The notes beneath the pieces were generated by a model. It saw nothing but the letters and a program-made list of their open reading frames with translations, searched no databases and was not told the origin of the DNA. From NCBI GenBank assembly GCA_963816185.1, contig CAWFJJ010000025.1, forward strand, positions 1-64,000: 64,000 bases of DNA, read 5' to 3'. A program made the position numbers and the translations under genes. The number at the start of each line of letters is the position of its first letter. Positions within the stretch are counted from its first letter, which is position 1. Shown here in pieces: positions 61,199 through 64,000 of this stretch. This stretch comes from Thermoanaerobaculia bacterium (GTDB lineage Bacteria; Acidobacteriota; Thermoanaerobaculia; UBA5066).

Positions 61199-62737
61199 CT
61201 AGAGGTCGTGGCCGCAATAGGACAAATTGAAGCTCTTGTTGCAGAGCGGAAAGTCGGAGATCTGACCGTCCCTGAGAGCGAGCGCGAGCGCGAACCAGTT
61301 GTGGAAGGACGGGTCGGTAATCTTGTAGCGGGAAAAGCGTCCCGCCGCGTCCGTCATCGCGACGTGGCAGATCTCGCCGCGCCAGCCTTCGGTGAGCGCG
61401 ACGACGAGCGACTCCGGCCTCATCGCTCCGGCGGCGGCGCGCGCCCCGCTCGCCGGCAGAGTGTCGAGCTGGCTCAGGATGAAGGAGATCGACTGCTGGA
61501 TTTCGAGCCACCGGACGAACGCGCGGGAGTTGACGTCGCCGTGATGCGCCGTCACCACGGGGAGGTGGACGAAGCGGTAGATGCCTGCGGGAAAGTCGTG
61601 CCTCACGTCCCGCTGAATTCCGCATGCGCGTGCCGCGGGCCCGACGAGGCCGAGGGCCGCCGCGTCTCCGGGGCTGACGGTGCCGGTGCCCTCGAACCGT
61701 TCCCTGACGCTCGGCGTATCCCAGAGCAGCTCCACCGCTTCCGTCACGTCGGTCCGCGCTACGGTCACGCGCGACCTCAGATCTCGGACCTGGTCGGCCG
61801 AGAGGTCGAACCCGACGCCGCCGGGCCGGACGAGCCCGCGCCCGAAGCGCGAGCCGCAGAGCTCCGCCGTCATGTTGAGGAAGTCGCCGCGCAGCCGTCC
61901 GCAGTACGACGCCGTCGGGAGATAGGCGATGTCGCCGGCGAGCGCTCCGAGGTCGCCGACGTGGTTCGCGAGGCGTTCGAGCTCGAGCGCGATGCCGCGG
62001 ACCGCGTGCGCGTGCGCGGACACGACGGCGCGGGAGAGCGCCTCGACCACCTGGCCGTATGCCATCGCGTGGCCGATCGTCGTGTCACCGGCGGCGGTCT
62101 CCATGTACGGCATGGTTCGTTTCGTCGGCCCGCCCATGAGGGCCCGCTCGATGCCGCGATGCTGGTAGCCGAGCGCGATTTCGAGGTGGAAGACCTGCTC
62201 GCCGTGGCATTGGAACCGGAAGTGCCCGGGCTCGATCACGCCGGCGTGGACGGGGCCGACCGCGACCTCGTGGACCTCGTCCCCTTCGACTCTGAAGAAA
62301 TCGGCGACCCCCGGCAGGATTTCCGTGTTCGCCGCCCGGGCCCAGGCGTCGTGGCCCTCGCGATACGAATGGTGGAACCTCACCGGCTTCAGCCACGGAT
62401 GTCCCTCGAACCGGACGCCGTACTGCTCGGCGATCTCGCGCTCGAAGAGGTGCGCCTCGGCCACCTCGGGCACGACCGACTCGAACGTCGTTCCGTCGGA
62501 GGCCGTGCGCGCGACGAAAAGGCGCCCGTTCGCGTCGTCCGCGAGGACGGCCGTGAGGGCGACGTCCGCGATGGCCTCGTCCGCGGAGCCGAAGTAAGCG
62601 GCGACGCGCCGTCCCTTGCTTCGTACCCCGTGGACGAGCCACTCGCGGAACCGTGACGGCAGGAGCCACGGCACGTCCTTCAGGGGCAGGACGCGGGAGT
62701 TCCGTGTCGCGGCGGCCATCTCTGCCGTTCCCGTCAC
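61199..62737 (-). CDS. hyfG: Ehr large subunit (HyfG/NuoCD-like, no NiFe motifs)
   Basis: FEREI, VGPVHAGVIEPGHFRF, YQHRG, LELERLANH, EGWRG, DFPLCNKSFNLSYCGHDL. Confidence 0.88.
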   Translation of the reverse strand: MTGTAEMAAATRNSRVLPLKDVPWLLPSRFREWLVHGVRSKGRRVAAYFGSADEAIADVALTAVLADDANGRLFVARTASDGTTFESVVPEVAEAHLFEREIAEQYGVRFEGHPWLKPVRFHHSYREGHDAWARAANTEILPGVADFFRVEGDEVHEVAVGPVHAGVIEPGHFRFQCHGEQVFHLEIALGYQHRGIERALMGGPTKRTMPYMETAAGDTTIGHAMAYGQVVEALSRAVVSAHAHAVRGIALELERLANHVGDLGALAGDIAYLPTASYCGRLRGDFLNMTAELCGSRFGRGLVRPGGVGFDLSADQVRDLRSRVTVARTDVTEAVELLWDTPSVRERFEGTGTVSPGDAAALGLVGPAARACGIQRDVRHDFPAGIYRFVHLPVVTAHHGDVNSRAFVRWLEIQQSISFILSQLDTLPASGARAAAGAMRPESLVVALTEGWRGEICHVAMTDAAGRFSRYKITDPSFHNWFALALALRDGQISDFPLCNKSFNLSYCGHDL

Positions 62738-64000
62738 GACGCGCCCTCCAGAGCCTTCGCCGCCTCGAGGACCAGGGTCTGGACCGCGCCGGGGATCCGG
62801 ACGCCCATGATCACGACCATCGCGAGGGCGGCCAGGATCGGCGCGGTCTTCCAGAAGCTGTCGCGGAAGTCGGTCGTTCCGCCCGCCGGGGAAATCGGCC
62901 CCTGGACGACCGCGAGGACCGTCGAGCCCATGCCGATGAAGATGACGGCGAGGAAGAAGAGGAAGAGGGCCGACGTGACGAAGAGATGCGCCGTCATGGC
63001 GCCCGCGAGGATCGTGAACTCGCTGATGAATGGCCCGAAGGGCGGCGAGCCCGTGATCGCGAGGAAGCCGGCGAGGAAGAGGATGCCCGACAGCGGGACC
63101 CGGCGGAACGCACCACTCACGGCGTCGATCGTCTTGCTTCCGTACGCGCGGTGGATGTTGCCTGCCGAGAGGAAGAGCACGACCTTCGTGAGGGAATTGT
63201 TGATGACGTGCAGGAGCGCGCCTGTGACGGCGATGCCCCCGGCGCCGATGCCCAGAACCAGGATTCCCATGTGCTCGACGCTCGAATACGCGAGCATCCG
63301 CTTGAAGTCGCGCTGCCCGACCATGAACGCCGCCGCGACGCCCATGGAGAGAAGGCCGAGAGCGAGAAAGAGCTCGCGCGCGAACGCTCCTTCTCCGGCC
63401 GCCTGCATCACCCGGTAGACCCTGAGGAGCGCGAGGAACGCGCAGTTCGTCAGTCCGCCGGCGAGGAGCGCCCCGATGATCCCAGGAGCCTCGCCGTAGG
63501 CGTCGGGCTTCCAGGTGTGCATCGGAGCGAGGCCCATCTTCGTTCCGTAGCCGACGAGGAGAAGGACGAAGCCGGCCCTGAGCCACGGCCGCGACAGGCC
63601 GCCTGCGTGCTCGAGCAGGGCTCCGAAGAGGAGGCTCTCGTCCCCGGAGGCGCCGTGGAGCGCGGCATACGCCACGAAGAGCGAGCCCAGGAGAGCGAGC
63701 GCGATGCCGACCGAGCCGATCATGAGGTACTTCCACGCCGCCTCGAGCGATCGGGCGTTGTGGTTGAAGTAGATGAGGATGGCTGTCGAGAGAGTCGCTC
63801 CTTCGACCGCGACCCAGACGACCGCCAGGTGCTGCGCCACGGTGATCGCCGTCGCCATCGACAGGAACGTCAGGAGGCAGATGCAGAAGACCCGGTTCGC
63901 CCGCTCCTTCCGGATCCGCAGGTACTCGACGCCGTAGAGCGCGCAGAGCGTGAAGAGGAGGGACACGACGTCGAGGATCAGGTGTCCGAGCGCGTCGACC
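62734..64000 (-). CDS. hyfF: HyfF/MrpD-like proton-translocating membrane subunit (5' end outside the window)
   Basis: LEAAWKY, GYGTKMGLAPMHTWKPDAY, KRMLAYSS.EH, PPFGPFISE. Confidence 0.88.
   Translation of the reverse strand, partial: VDALGHLILDVVSLLFTLCALYGVEYLRIRKERANRVFCICLLTFLSMATAITVAQHLAVVWVAVEGATLSTAILIYFNHNARSLEAAWKYLMIGSVGIALALLGSLFVAYAALHGASGDESLLFGALLEHAGGLSRPWLRAGFVLLLVGYGTKMGLAPMHTWKPDAYGEAPGIIGALLAGGLTNCAFLALLRVYRVMQAAGEGAFARELFLALGLLSMGVAAAFMVGQRDFKRMLAYSSVEHMGILVLGIGAGGIAVTGALLHVINNSLTKVVLFLSAGNIHRAYGSKTIDAVSGAFRRVPLSGILFLAGFLAITGSPPFGPFISEFTILAGAMTAHLFVTSALFLFFLAVIFIGMGSTVLAVVQGPISPAGGTTDFRDSFWKTAPILAALAMVVIMGVRIPGAVQTLVLEAAKALEGAS

Noticed and set aside
61199-62737. Functional [NiFe] hydrogenase-4
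   Set aside because: Both Ni-binding CxxC motifs are absent

Overview
GC-rich bacterial chromosome segment; gene content suggests Acidobacteriota (Thermoanaerobaculia-like), which is an inference. Left part: LeuD-LeuC-type aconitase-family fusion, frameshifted S9 peptidase, MacAB-type ABC exporter, phoH-ybeY-hlyC-era operon, PilZ-like gene, extended MglA-like GTPase, RNase Z-like protein, AAA/DUF4143 ATPase and a VWA protein. Middle: surface-glycosylation-like cluster with two tandem paralogues sharing 942 apparently identical bases, a Tat M20 peptidase, a kinase-FGE-hydrolase protein, a TlpA::DUF4266-DUF3570-ApbE operon, a chelatase-like ATPase, an NtrBC-type pair, metY-metX, an RRM protein, an ECF sigma/anti-sigma pair and tRNA-Thr(CGT). 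Right part: an indel-riddled AcrAB-OprM operon, pntAA-pntAB-pntB and an Ehr (NiFe-less hydrogenase-4-like) operon cut by the window edge. Best unannotated signals: (1) a promoter, 47-codon CMCMCSM leader peptide and terminator upstream of metY-metX, i.e. a candidate Met/Cys-sensing ribosomal attenuator; (2) a TlpA-like gene whose UGA is followed by a SECIS-like hairpin (candidate selenoprotein); (3) the TlpA::DUF4266 fusion with a motif-bearing DUF3570 barrel and signal-less ApbE; (4) a dispersed ATTTTCTTAGAAGG repeat family, including in-frame copies inside genes.
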